Positions 32,035-41,758 of a stretch of DNA of 64,000 nt are shown in pieces. Every line of letters starts with the position of its first letter. The stretch's first letter is position 1. The notes beneath the pieces were generated by a model that saw only the letters and a program-made list of their open reading frames with translations, was not told where the DNA came from and made no database searches. The translations under genes were made by a program, and so were the position numbers. Origin of the DNA: a virus (taxonomy: Duplodnaviria; Caudoviricetes); the IMG/VR virus record IMGVR_UViG_3300028886_000045; one strand, given 5' to 3'.

Positions 32035-33324
32035 TTAGAAAATTCCCAAATCATCCTTGTTTACTGCCCTTGGGTGCATAACCTTACCGAATATCTTACC
32101 CATTACCGCATATCTGAATGCGTCCATGCAATGGTTGTATGCGTCTATCGGTTCGTTTATGTACTGACCGTCCTTATCCTTTGCCCATGTGTAGTTACGC
32201 AATTCCTCTTGTAGGTTGTACGACCTCCGCGTAACGTAGATATTATCAAAGTCCAATATCTTAGTGATACCTGCAACGATTGAACCTGCACCCTTCATCA
32301 CGGGGTAGATTATCACGCCACCCAATCCTACCTCGTCTATAAGTCGTGGGTCTGCACTATCGCAGTAAACAAACAAGTCACCATCCTCACTTTTTAGCCT
32401 ACTGATAATGTCACTTGTCAAAAGTCCCTTTTCGTATATCTGCTCGTCCAAATACAAATCGTTCCCAACGACACCGATTTTGACGCAAGCCGTTTCATCG
32501 TTTGTATATCCCCAGTCGATACCCTTGCAAACGTGCTTCGCGTAACTTGGGAACTCATCAACAATGCCCCATTTCTTGTATATCGCGCCCTCTGCTACAT
32601 CTGCCCATTGACCCATCACGATATGCGCGTACTTCTGTGGGTTGTTCTGCTTCATAGCCTCAACCTCCGCCAAAAAGTTGCTTGCACAATGCGCCTTGTT
32701 ATCCAAGTACGTTGTATGTATGTGCAACACGTTTGGGTGGGTGCTTATCTGTATGGGAACACCATCATACTCTACGATTTTGTGCGTGTCCTTGATAAAC
32801 CGCTTATACACGAAATGGTTACTGTCCGTAGGATTCATGATTATTATTATCCTATTCTGCAACCCTTGCTGACGGATTGAAAACATTATCGTGTCAAATT
32901 CTTCTTCGCTCGTCCATTCCTCTGCCTCGTCCACTACAAACGTAGTTATACCGTGAATGGATTTCAGTTTCGCGGTCTGATTTCCCGAACTCGTCTTTAT
33001 TCCCCTAAACATTACATGACTGCCCGTTTTCTTGTTTATCACGTCCGTCTTCGTGCTTCGGAAAAACTTCGTTGTTCCATCCGCGTCCACTTTGTCAAGA
33101 AATTCGGGGATTACGGAGATATTTGCTGACACCATAGTATAACGTGTGTATAGTATCTGATGCGCGATGCGCTTTCCGTCTGCTTCACCCAATTCAAACG
33201 TAAGCCTTTCTATGAATGTTCCCACCGAAAAGGATTTACCACTACCTCGACCGCCCGTTATCAGCAGTATGAACTTTTCCTTATCTTTGTACATCGGCAT
33301 ATACACAGAGTGCGACCTAATCAT
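32035..33324 (-). CDS. terL: terminase large subunit, PBSX family
   Basis: GGRGSGKS, VVDEAEE, MNP, GIDWG, DSADP, NHCMDAFRYA. Confidence 0.95.
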   Translation of the reverse strand: MIRSHSVYMPMYKDKEKFILLITGGRGSGKSFSVGTFIERLTFELGEADGKRIAHQILYTRYTMVSANISVIPEFLDKVDADGTTKFFRSTKTDVINKKTGSHVMFRGIKTSSGNQTAKLKSIHGITTFVVDEAEEWTSEEEFDTIMFSIRQQGLQNRIIIIMNPTDSNHFVYKRFIKDTHKIVEYDGVPIQISTHPNVLHIHTTYLDNKAHCASNFLAEVEAMKQNNPQKYAHIVMGQWADVAEGAIYKKWGIVDEFPSYAKHVCKGIDWGYTNDETACVKIGVVGNDLYLDEQIYEKGLLTSDIISRLKSEDGDLFVYCDSADPRLIDEVGLGGVIIYPVMKGAGSIVAGITKILDFDNIYVTRRSYNLQEELRNYTWAKDKDGQYINEPIDAYNHCMDAFRYAVMGKIFGKVMHPRAVNKDDLGIF

Positions 33325-33539
33325 ATCCGACCCTCCTTCTTTCCGTATGTGGCTTTCTTTACTTTCATTGAAAATTGTTCTATTTTTCCGTATTGCCGTG
33401 AAACATTCTTTCTGACGAGATTTTTTTGTATCACCCTCGGAAAAAGTCTTACTTTTTGCACAGATTTACAACAAATCCACCTAATTGTTTCACGGATTAT
33501 AACAATTTTTCCCAAGTTAATTGTTCGATTTTTCCACCT

Positions 33540-33863
33540 TTACGCTATCTCCTCTAACATATCCCTTATCCGCATAGCGTTCCTATACGCACATGGATAG
33601 TAGTTTACACCCAATTCATAGCATACCAAATCTAATGTGTCTATCAACCGCTCCCTATATCGCCTATCTATTACCGACAATTCGCCTTTCAAGCCTTTGC
33701 CACTCGCGTAATCCATATAACGGTCTTCCGTTCCTATTATCTTAGGCAATACTACCCTACGCCAAATATCATCCAATATCTTTTCTTCCCTATATATATG
33801 GGAATATGCGCGTATTATATATGCGCGGTTGTTAGGTACAACAGATTCAAATCTATGCTTCAT
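33540..33863 (-). CDS. hypothetical protein
   Basis: Between terS and terL. Confidence 0.6.
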   Translation of the reverse strand: MKHRFESVVPNNRAYIIRAYSHIYREEKILDDIWRRVVLPKIIGTEDRYMDYASGKGLKGELSVIDRRYRERLIDTLDLVCYELGVNYYPCAYRNAMRIRDMLEEIA

Positions 33864-34425
33864 CTTCCAATTCCTTTTCGTCCATTTCCTTGCTTATCCA
33901 CTCGCTTATGTCAATACCACGCTTTGCAGGTTCGGTATCGTCACTATCCATTTCCTCACCGCGTTGTATCTTGCGCCATTCGGGGCTGTGGTGATACATC
34001 CACATACTTAACGCTTGCAGATTTGGCGGTGTTTCGTTCTCTACCTCCGTAGTCTGTATCAGTTGGTTGTCCGTAAGTTCCCCATCTATCTCCATCCTAC
34101 GCTTTACCACCGTCTTAGACTTTACCTTGACACCGCCCAAACCTACTTTCAGAATACGCCCCAATACAAGTCTGTTGGTATTGTCACGCGCCTTTTCCAA
34201 TGTGGCTTTCATACGCTTTGAACGCCTTTCGTTCTCCTCGGCTGTCCAATTTCCGTATTTTCCCGCCAACATCTGACTGAATGCGACCTTACCTATTGTT
34301 ATTCCCAACTTATCCTCCAATGCTGACGCGATTTGTGAATCATACGCGCCATTAAAGGCTAATTGGTATAGTTCCAAGTAGAACTCATCGCAATCGTAGT
34401 CGTAGTATTTGGTAATCTTTTCCAT
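33853..34425 (-). CDS. terS: probable terminase small subunit
   Basis: N-terminal HTH-like D.QIA..L; PPNLQALSMW..PEWR; upstream of terL. Confidence 0.7.
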   Translation of the reverse strand: MEKITKYYDYDCDEFYLELYQLAFNGAYDSQIASALEDKLGITIGKVAFSQMLAGKYGNWTAEENERRSKRMKATLEKARDNTNRLVLGRILKVGLGGVKVKSKTVVKRRMEIDGELTDNQLIQTTEVENETPPNLQALSMWMYHHSPEWRKIQRGEEMDSDDTEPAKRGIDISEWISKEMDEKELEDEA

Positions 34426-34436
34426 ATATATATAGA

Positions 34437-34682
34437 TTATTCCGCGTCTGTTACCTCGGTAGCCTCAGCCTCTTGCATTTCCCTTGCCTTTGCTTCAATG
34501 AACTTATCTATTTCCGCATTCAGCGCGGTTTTCCCCTTGATATACGCTTGTGCATACTTAGGCGTTTTGGCTATTGTGCCAAATGGTAGATTCAGTTCCA
34601 TCTCGCATTGCGGAACTGTTGCGCCCACTTGTGCCATAAGTTTAATTAATTCCGTTTTGCTTTCCTTTTTGTTTCCTTTCAT
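34437..34682 (-). CDS. small helical protein
   Basis: First gene after promoter 34754. Confidence 0.55.
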   Translation of the reverse strand: MKGNKKESKTELIKLMAQVGATVPQCEMELNLPFGTIAKTPKYAQAYIKGKTALNAEIDKFIEAKAREMQEAEATEVTDAE

Positions 34683-35074
34683 TGTGTTGAATTTTTATGA
34701 ATTTGATATAAACTCGCCCCGATTTAATAAAATCGTATTTGGCTATTTCTTTGCAAAGATACTAAAAAACCGCATTCTATATATGTATATTGGGTGTTTT
34801 TCTATTCACTTTGCGGATAGTGAATGCGATATGTGGTATTTGTTTGGTCTGTTGCGATTAAGTGGAACGTGTAGGCGCACGGAAAGAAATGATATATGCG
34901 CACGGTTCGGTATATTGCGTTTTGGGTAAAAACATTTAAGTGACTGATTTATAACACATTGCGCCAAGGTTGTAAAAATCGCCCCTATTTTGCATATATA
35001 AGATGATGTAAGTTATGGTGCAACGTGCAGTTAGGGTGCTTATTCGTTAAACGATGTTAAATATTTTGTAAATA

Positions 35075-35106
35075 TTTGGTAGTGTCACAGAAAATGCGTA
35101 CCTTTG
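35075..35106 (+). promoter_or_regulatory. divergent plus-strand Bacteroidetes promoter
   Basis: TTTG-N20-TACCTTTG followed by CAGTGTAATTAAG. Confidence 0.85.
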
Positions 35107-35158
35107 CAGTGTAATTAAGAAATAAACCAAATGTCTAACTTTTAATTAGTATGTTACT

Positions 35159-35401
35159 ATGACTTTTGAAGAAAAGCAAAAAATCGAACGCGCATCACTT
35201 AAAGTATGCGAGGTATCTAACCACTATGCGCAGGCTGTAAGATACAGCAAGATTGGTCGTTTCTTGGACGAGATAGATTGGAAGCGTGAGGACACCCCAC
35301 AATGTCGTGAAGAACTGCGCCAAATGTGTATGCAGTACAAAAAGGACTTTCTTTCTTCGCTTGAAGCATCTTTGGATGCGCTTGTAGATAGTATCTGTTA
35401 A
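35159..35401 (+). CDS. hypothetical protein (plus-strand island)
   Basis: Follows plus-strand promoter. Confidence 0.75.
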   Translation: MTFEEKQKIERASLKVCEVSNHYAQAVRYSKIGRFLDEIDWKREDTPQCREELRQMCMQYKKDFLSSLEASLDALVDSIC

Positions 35402-35456
35402 GCATTAGGGGCTTCGCGCCCCCCTTGCTTTTAACTTAACCAAATAGAATTACGCT

Positions 35457-35747
35457 ATGAAGAAAAGAGAATACCTCAAGGTTTCGGATGCGCTTAAAAA
35501 GTGCGACCACGAAATATGCAGTCTGCAATACCAATGCTTCAATGATATGCAGAATGCCGTTCTGCCCCTTGCTGACAAAGACGATTTTGATGCTTTGATT
35601 TTCTTTGGTGTGGATTTCGTAGAAGACACCCCACAGAACCGTGAAAATATCGTCAAGGCGTTATATGCCCAAAAGATACATTTCCTTACAGAATGTGGAA
35701 AACTTTTCGATGTGGCTATTGCGTCTTTGAAATGTGACAATAAATAA
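35457..35747 (+). CDS. hypothetical protein (plus-strand island)
   Basis: In operon with neighbours. Confidence 0.7.
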   Translation: MKKREYLKVSDALKKCDHEICSLQYQCFNDMQNAVLPLADKDDFDALIFFGVDFVEDTPQNRENIVKALYAQKIHFLTECGKLFDVAIASLKCDNK

Positions 35748-35764
35748 AAATCCCCCATACGCTT

Positions 35765-36151
35765 ATGAGTAGTCTTTTTGAAAAATCCGTGTGTCCTAAA
35801 CTTAGCGACAACGATGTTAGCAGACTGAAAGAAAATGTTTGTAGGTTCGCAAACGCTAATCTGCATCTTTCACTTGCGCCAAACGATTTCATGTATGAAC
35901 GACACGAAACCGAATACGGTGGCGAAACTTGCACGCTTGAATCTGTGGATGTCGATACCAACGTGGCTTGTTTCTTTAGACACCTAACCGTCCTTGCGCG
36001 TTGTCGTATTGAAAACGGCTTGTTTAGGGCGCGTGTCGATTGGTACTATGACACTTTCGAGTCAAGTGGTCATTGCGTACAAGTCGGTATTATTGACATA
36101 GACCCCCACACGATGAAGGAGGTAAAATCGTGGGTTTTCAGTCATAAATAG
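35765..36151 (+). CDS. hypothetical protein, probable paralog of 18151..18615
   Basis: FFRHLTV..ENG..WYYDTF..QVG. Confidence 0.7.
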   Translation: MSSLFEKSVCPKLSDNDVSRLKENVCRFANANLHLSLAPNDFMYERHETEYGGETCTLESVDVDTNVACFFRHLTVLARCRIENGLFRARVDWYYDTFESSGHCVQVGIIDIDPHTMKEVKSWVFSHK

Positions 36152-36178
36152 GCTTTGCTTTCATAGCAGAGCCTTTTT
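36150..36178 (+). terminator. intrinsic terminator of plus-strand island
   Basis: AGGCUUUGCU-UUCAU-AGCAGAGCCU-U tract. Confidence 0.75.
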
Positions 36179-36299
36179 CTTTGCCCCCTCGCTTTCATTT
36201 CGGCTTGGTTTTTGCCACGTTTGCGCCTATCTGTGCGCGTTTTACGCTTGTTTACAGACAACTATACCGCCCACTCGCTTTTATCGCCTTAGAACCACC

Positions 36300-37019
36300 T
36301 TAAAACAAGTCAAGTGTCGGTTGTCTTTTTTCTGCGTCTATCCGCTTTTTCGCGATATTGAAGTATTCGCACTTGATTTCATACCCTATGAAGTCGCGCT
36401 TTTCCCTTATGCAAGCGATGGCGGTTGAACCGCTACCCATGCAACTATCCAAAACCACGTCCCCCTCGTTTGTGTATGTCCTTATCAGATATTGCAGTAG
36501 TGCCGTTGGCTTCTGTGTCGGTACTAACGGCTTGGGAACGCTATCGAAAAACAATATGTCTGTCGGTTGTCGCTCACCCAATGACACCGTTTCCTTTCCC
36601 TCGGTATCTTCATACACGTTACTGCGACCCGAACGCGCCTTATACGGAGCACCTATGCCGTATTGTGGGTTATACGTTCCCCCATCCGTGCCACCCCTAA
36701 ACACCAACACGTTCTCATGCTGTGTCAATGGTGCGTGTGCCGTATTCAGAAATCCCCCCAACCTTGATTTTATCCAAGTCCACTCATAGCGCAACATTCC
36801 TATGTTCGAGTAACCCAAAACCTTATCAAAGGGTGCTTTCGCAAATAACACTATCGCGCCATTCGGCTTTATCACCCTTTTGTACTGCCTCCAAAGGTTT
36901 CCCAAACTCAAAGCACATTCGCGACCGCTATACGGCAAATCCGTAAGTATCATATCCACGCTGTCGCTTTCCAATGCCTTCATGCCTTCTAAGCAATCCG
37001 CGTTAAAAATCCGTTCCAT
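36300..37019 (-). CDS. N4/N6 DNA methyltransferase (beta class)
   Basis: DCLEGM, LTDLPY, PTQKP, VLDSCMGSGST; ends QPTLDLF. Confidence 0.9.
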   Translation of the reverse strand: MERIFNADCLEGMKALESDSVDMILTDLPYSGRECALSLGNLWRQYKRVIKPNGAIVLFAKAPFDKVLGYSNIGMLRYEWTWIKSRLGGFLNTAHAPLTQHENVLVFRGGTDGGTYNPQYGIGAPYKARSGRSNVYEDTEGKETVSLGERQPTDILFFDSVPKPLVPTQKPTALLQYLIRTYTNEGDVVLDSCMGSGSTAIACIREKRDFIGYEIKCEYFNIAKKRIDAEKRQPTLDLF

Positions 37020-37341
37020 CGAATAAATCAGTCTTCAACCGCTTTGTTTCCGCTTTTCCGAAATACCCCACATCTGCCAAATGTGACAAAGCCTCCGCCA
37101 ACGCGCTTTCCTTTTCTTCGTAGGATTCCGACACCCAACCTTGGATTTCCAAAGGCTTTCCGTCAAGGCTCATCCCCCAACTGCCTACATACCACCCTAC
37201 TTGTGGAAACTCTGCCCATTGCGTCCGCATTTCCAAACCTTTTTCCTTGGAAAGCCACCCTATCACATCGCCTATTTCACTACTGTCTTCTTTGTAGCCG
37301 TAGGCACGCAAAACACGCTCGGTTTCTTCTTTAAGTTTCAT
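37003..37341 (-). CDS. hypothetical protein (start MKLKEET)
   Basis: ATG immediately after -7 box at 37346. Confidence 0.6.
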   Translation of the reverse strand: MKLKEETERVLRAYGYKEDSSEIGDVIGWLSKEKGLEMRTQWAEFPQVGWYVGSWGMSLDGKPLEIQGWVSESYEEKESALAEALSHLADVGYFGKAETKRLKTDLFDGTDF

Positions 37342-37471
37342 ACTGCAAAGGTACAAAAAATATCTGATAATCAGAAAGATAAAGTGTTAAAATTTACTTA
37401 CGCACAATAAAAAAAGCCAACGGCTTAATACCATTGACTTTCTTTCGTTTTCGTTCATCGGTGCTCTTCTG

Positions 37472-38809
37472 TTACTCGCTTTGTTGCGTAACTTTCTTAA
37501 TCGGACGGATTGGAAGAGGTGTATAAAAATACCCCTCTGTTGAAAAAACTCCCCATTCGCCAAGTTCTTGTGATACCGAACCCCCAAAACTATCGTTTCC
37601 GTCCATCCTCTTTGTGTGGAATTGCGTGTATTCCGAATCCCATTGATAGTCGATATGTGTTATAGGGAACACTAATTGATTTCCGTTAATCTTTGATGTT
37701 ACTACAATAACTTCCATATCGCTACCTTTGTAGTTTCGTACTTTTTCAAAGGTGCAATTACTTGACAATTCTGCCCACTCGTTCTCGTTTGGTATATCCC
37801 ATTCGGGATTTCCTACTACTTTTGCAGCATTGTAAGCATCGGTTATCTCGTAATTTGCCCACTTATCCTCATACGCGCCCTTATCTTGTTGCCCCCATAT
37901 TATGCGCGACCATGTTTCAAAAGGTGATACATGATTCTGTGCTTGTATTGCTTCCAACGATGCGCCTTGATAACCTTGTGTTTCACCGAAATAGTAATAA
38001 TCCCCTTTCCCTATTTCTGTTTCAGCACCAAGGTTTTTGTTTGCCCACAAAGTGCCACTTGGTAAGCCCATATCTACAAACAGCATTTCGGTTGGGAATA
38101 CATACTTTTTGATAGGACGGATAGGACACGGCAAACTCACGGGGGAGGAGGAGAATGCTGCATAATTAGAATCCCCATCTATCATTGTCGTTTCTATTAT
38201 ATCTTCACCGCCACCACCACTCGACCTACAAGGAGACTGATAATATACTACGCCCGTATAATATATGTTACTAAACCAACATGGCATTATCAAAACATTT
38301 CCGTTAATTTTTGATGTTAGTTTCAAACCCTTGTTGTTTACAATACCATTACGACCGTTGATTTCGATAATTTCCATATCAGAATTATCTACCAATTCAG
38401 AGAAATCACTATGCTTCGGAATATCAAAGCCGTTTCCCATAATGACCTTTACGGCATTATTCTTGTCTGTAATCTTGTTATTTTCATAGTTTCCTTCCTC
38501 ACTACCCCACCATCCACTCTCATACGATTGTGGCTTGTAGTCTTCGTTTATCTTAGCCTCTAATTCCGCGCCTTGATAACCTTGTGTTTCACCGAAATAG
38601 AACCTATCGCCCGTGTCGGCTTCATCTTCTGCACCAAGGTTTACTTTCGCCCATAGCGTTCCACTTGGTAAACCCATATCCACAAAAGTGTCCAACAATG
38701 GGTCTCCATCAAGGTAAACGATTTTGTTCTCCCCCTTGACGAATGCCACTACAACCGTACCTTGTTGTACGATGTTTGCCCTCGCTTTTACTTCTTGTAT
38801 ATACTTCAT
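37472..38809 (-). CDS. protein with two tandem 'VDxGLPSGTLWA' Bacteroidetes domains
   Basis: FVDMGLPSGTLWA..NLGA..YFGETQGYQGA..SKINGN..PIRPIKK twice; DNA repeat at about 37962 and 38568. Confidence 0.8.
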   Translation of the reverse strand: MKYIQEVKARANIVQQGTVVVAFVKGENKIVYLDGDPLLDTFVDMGLPSGTLWAKVNLGAEDEADTGDRFYFGETQGYQGAELEAKINEDYKPQSYESGWWGSEEGNYENNKITDKNNAVKVIMGNGFDIPKHSDFSELVDNSDMEIIEINGRNGIVNNKGLKLTSKINGNVLIMPCWFSNIYYTGVVYYQSPCRSSGGGGEDIIETTMIDGDSNYAAFSSSPVSLPCPIRPIKKYVFPTEMLFVDMGLPSGTLWANKNLGAETEIGKGDYYYFGETQGYQGASLEAIQAQNHVSPFETWSRIIWGQQDKGAYEDKWANYEITDAYNAAKVVGNPEWDIPNENEWAELSSNCTFEKVRNYKGSDMEVIVVTSKINGNQLVFPITHIDYQWDSEYTQFHTKRMDGNDSFGGSVSQELGEWGVFSTEGYFYTPLPIRPIKKVTQQSE

Positions 38810-38830
38810 AGTCTTGTTCCTTTTAACGAA

Positions 38831-39160
38831 TTAACCTTTTGAACCGCTTGCACGCCTTACACCGCCCATGTAGGTACTGCGTGAATATTGCTTTTCAAGC
38901 GTTCTTTCGTATAAAGCATCTTGCTCCCCTATTGGTTTTCCCTTTGCTTGTGCGAGCATGGCTTCATACGCCTTTTTATAAGAAGGGGAATTTTGAATGT
39001 TTTTGGCATACCTTTCAGTAATACCCATTACCCTTTGCGCCCTATTCCTAAACTCTTCACTACTTATCTTTTTGGCATCCGCTAACGCCTCATTACGTTC
39101 ACGGATTCGGAACTCTTGGTTTGCCAAATCGCTAATACTTTTTGTCCTTCCCTTTGCCAT
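38831..39160 (-). CDS. small basic protein with C-terminal KG tag
   Basis: MAKGRTKS...QYSRSTYMGGVRRASGSKG*. Confidence 0.85.
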   Translation of the reverse strand: MAKGRTKSISDLANQEFRIRERNEALADAKKISSEEFRNRAQRVMGITERYAKNIQNSPSYKKAYEAMLAQAKGKPIGEQDALYERTLEKQYSRSTYMGGVRRASGSKG

Positions 39161-39172
39161 AACCTATTTTTT

Positions 39173-39517
39173 TTAACCTTTAGAACCACTTGCACGCCTA
39201 ACGCCACCCATGTATGTTGAGCGCGAATATTGGCGTGTTGAAGCCTTTTGTATGTCACGCGCCATAGCACGCAACCTTTCCCTATAATCACCGCTTGCAT
39301 TATTGCGATTAAAGAAAGCGTTCTTCGTCTTTTGGTACGAAGGTGTGCTTTCTATATTCCGCAAATACCTATCACCCGTCCGCGCTATCCTTTCCGTGCG
39401 CGTCCTAAATGTTTCTTCGCTTATCTTTCCGCTATCCCTTAATGCAGTAGCCGTATTATAAGCACGTTGATATTGGTTGTATATCTGCTCTGCGGATTTC
39501 GTTCTTTGCTTTGCCAT
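39173..39517 (-). CDS. small basic protein with C-terminal KG tag
   Basis: MAKQRTKS...QYSRSTYMGGVRRASGSKG*. Confidence 0.85.
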   Translation of the reverse strand: MAKQRTKSAEQIYNQYQRAYNTATALRDSGKISEETFRTRTERIARTGDRYLRNIESTPSYQKTKNAFFNRNNASGDYRERLRAMARDIQKASTRQYSRSTYMGGVRRASGSKG

Positions 39518-39520
39518 ATC

Positions 39521-39652
39521 TTAACCTTTTCCACCACTTGCGCGTCTGATTCCACCCATTGCGCCACCATTAAACGCCCTATCACCTAACGCCCTTCTTA
39601 CATTTCCGCTATATGCCCTACGGAAATATGCCATTCTCATATCTGTACGCAT
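39521..39652 (-). CDS. 43-aa peptide with C-terminal KG tag (absent from ORF track)
   Basis: Hand-translated MRTDMRMAYFRRAYSGNVRRALGDRAFNGGAMGGIRRASGGKG*; start may be a later Met. Confidence 0.8.
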   Translation of the reverse strand: MRTDMRMAYFRRAYSGNVRRALGDRAFNGGAMGGIRRASGGKG

Positions 39653-39667
39653 ACCCTAACCCTTTCT

Positions 39668-40009
39668 TTATCCTTTGCCACCACTTGCACGCCTTACACC
39701 GCCCATATAGGTGGAACGTGAGTATTGACGAGCGTCATTTTTTTCTATATATGGTTTATCTGCTTCAATCAACGACATTCCTGTCAAATGTGCATTCGCC
39801 TTATCCATCCTTTTGACGGTATTCTGATAGGAAGGGGTTTGGCTGATATTATGCGCATATTTCGCCTCTAACCTTGACGCAGTTTCCTTTCGCGTGTCAT
39901 ATTGCCGACTGTTATATCTTCCTTGTGCCAATCCTTCTTGTGCCAAACTCTGAATACGGATAAATTGATTGTATAAATCGTTAATGCTTTTTGTTTTTTG
40001 TTTTGCCAT
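39668..40009 (-). CDS. small basic protein with C-terminal KG tag
   Basis: MAKQKTKS...QYSRSTYMGGVRRASGGKG*; -7 box at 40041. Confidence 0.85.
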   Translation of the reverse strand: MAKQKTKSINDLYNQFIRIQSLAQEGLAQGRYNSRQYDTRKETASRLEAKYAHNISQTPSYQNTVKRMDKANAHLTGMSLIEADKPYIEKNDARQYSRSTYMGGVRRASGGKG

Positions 40010-40179
40010 ATTGGTATATTTTTTTATTGATTATTTTTTGCAAAGATAATACATTTCCGTTTCTTTGCTTATTGTATTTTTGCTTTCTTAATCACTTGAA
40101 ACACAATGAAGAAATACAAACAAAGAAAACCGCCTATCAAATGATAAACGGCTTTCGTAATAACAAACACATATATATA

Positions 40180-41064
40180 CTATTCACTTTCTTCTTCTGA
40201 AAATGCGTCATAGTCACCATCAATGTCTATAATATCCACCCTTTCCAACATATACGATGCTTGAAGGGTCTTTTCCATTGGGTCGCGGTGCATTTGCTCC
40301 ATAAACGCCATTTTCTCAGAGGGGGAGTTGAAACTAAGGATAACGTAACTAAGCATACCCCCATCATTTTCCAAATCGCTTTTGTTGTTTATCCTTTCCT
40401 TGATTTTTGCGACTTCGTTGTGTCTTGCAAGTTGGTTTTCTTCTGTATCTTCGTAGAAATCCACTTTGCGGTTTATCTTCGTGTTTTCTTCTGTTTCTTT
40501 GGTCTGCTTATCAACCTCTGCAAGTTCCTTGTTTTCCTTTGTCACGTCTTCTTTGCGCCATTGCCTTTCTTCTTTCGGCTTTTCTTCTGCGTCCACTTTC
40601 GAGCGTGCCTCCTCTTCTGCCAAATCCACGACTTCCAAGCCAAGCATTTCCATATCGAAATCGTCAAAGCCCGCGCTCTTGTAGTCTATATCCGACAACA
40701 TTTCCCTTAACATATCATCGTCATATTCACCTTGCGCCTTTCTGTTGTTCATGAAAAGGTTTTGTTCCTTTTCCGTCTGCAAGTCCAACTCTACGACATC
40801 AACCCTTAACATATAGTCGGTTTCCAAGTCGTTCTCGTCATACTTGTTTACCTCGTCCAATATGCTTACTTTCTGATGCCCCGAAACAATATTTCCCGTG
40901 GTCTTGTTATAGACAATTCCACCCATAACGCCAACCTTTTTCAAGTTAGCCTTCAGTAGTTTGCGCGATTCTTCGCTTATCTTTCGTGGGTTGTATTCCG
41001 CTAAGTGTATCTCACTCCTCTTGATTTCAACACTTTGCGCTTGCTTTATCTTGCTTTGCTTCAT
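40180..41064 (-). CDS. ParB/Srx N-terminal-like protein with acidic tail (copy 3)
   Basis: YNPRKI..GGIVYN..TGNIVSGHQ..EKEQNLFMNN..QGEYD. Confidence 0.85.
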   Translation of the reverse strand: MKQSKIKQAQSVEIKRSEIHLAEYNPRKISEESRKLLKANLKKVGVMGGIVYNKTTGNIVSGHQKVSILDEVNKYDENDLETDYMLRVDVVELDLQTEKEQNLFMNNRKAQGEYDDDMLREMLSDIDYKSAGFDDFDMEMLGLEVVDLAEEEARSKVDAEEKPKEERQWRKEDVTKENKELAEVDKQTKETEENTKINRKVDFYEDTEENQLARHNEVAKIKERINNKSDLENDGGMLSYVILSFNSPSEKMAFMEQMHRDPMEKTLQASYMLERVDIIDIDGDYDAFSEEESE

Positions 41065-41755
41065 AGTCTGCTATTATTTTGATGCTATACGGAAACTGCT
41101 TAATCATACGCGCGTAATCATTCGGAAACTTTTCGCGCATTACCAACATAGTATCTAAGTCTATACCAAAGCCTTGTGATACCATATTGGGATTATAGAC
41201 AAACGGCTTTATAAGATTTCGCGATTGTATATACTGCAACACTTCTTTGTTTGTCCACACCGCCAAAGGATAAACCATACCCTCCTTCCTTATGTACCCC
41301 GTCTTTGCGTACATCTTCAACCGCATACGCTTCATATAGCCATCAACACCCTTCATGCCACTAAACGCATAGTGCTGTCCGCTATCGTTCCTTACCCATT
41401 CCTCAACCTCGCCAACACTTCTTTCCCTTTTGTGGTTTGGGTCTTTCTTTGGCAGTTTGTACCTATCGTCTTCATCCATGAAGAAACCGAACTTCTCAAA
41501 CGCATCCGCTTGATAGTGCTTTATCTGCCTAACTTCGACATTGCCGTAACTTTCTGCCCACTTGATATAAGGCTGAACGTGGTCTAAATTGGGAACGAGG
41601 TACATATAATAGCAAATAACCTTATTGAAACGTGTTGCCAACATATCCAATAAGGCTATGCCATCTTTGCCACCCGCAGAATAGAACAAAACGGCTGTGT
41701 CCGTTTCCTTGCGGACGGTGTTTATTATCGCTATCGTATCAGCAAACTTTCCCAT
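41027..41755 (-). CDS. PAPS-reductase-like PP-loop protein (copy 3)
   Basis: YSAGGKDG PP-loop, GMKGVDG..R, YPLAVWT..VLQYI. Confidence 0.85.
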   Translation of the reverse strand: MGKFADTIAIINTVRKETDTAVLFYSAGGKDGIALLDMLATRFNKVICYYMYLVPNLDHVQPYIKWAESYGNVEVRQIKHYQADAFEKFGFFMDEDDRYKLPKKDPNHKRERSVGEVEEWVRNDSGQHYAFSGMKGVDGYMKRMRLKMYAKTGYIRKEGMVYPLAVWTNKEVLQYIQSRNLIKPFVYNPNMVSQGFGIDLDTMLVMREKFPNDYARMIKQFPYSIKIIADYEAKQDKASAKC

Positions 41756-41758
41756 ATC

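Noticed and set aside
37472-38809. Diversity-generating retroelement
   Set aside because: The repeat is an in-frame domain duplication; no adenine-specific TR/VR pair or RT in the window.
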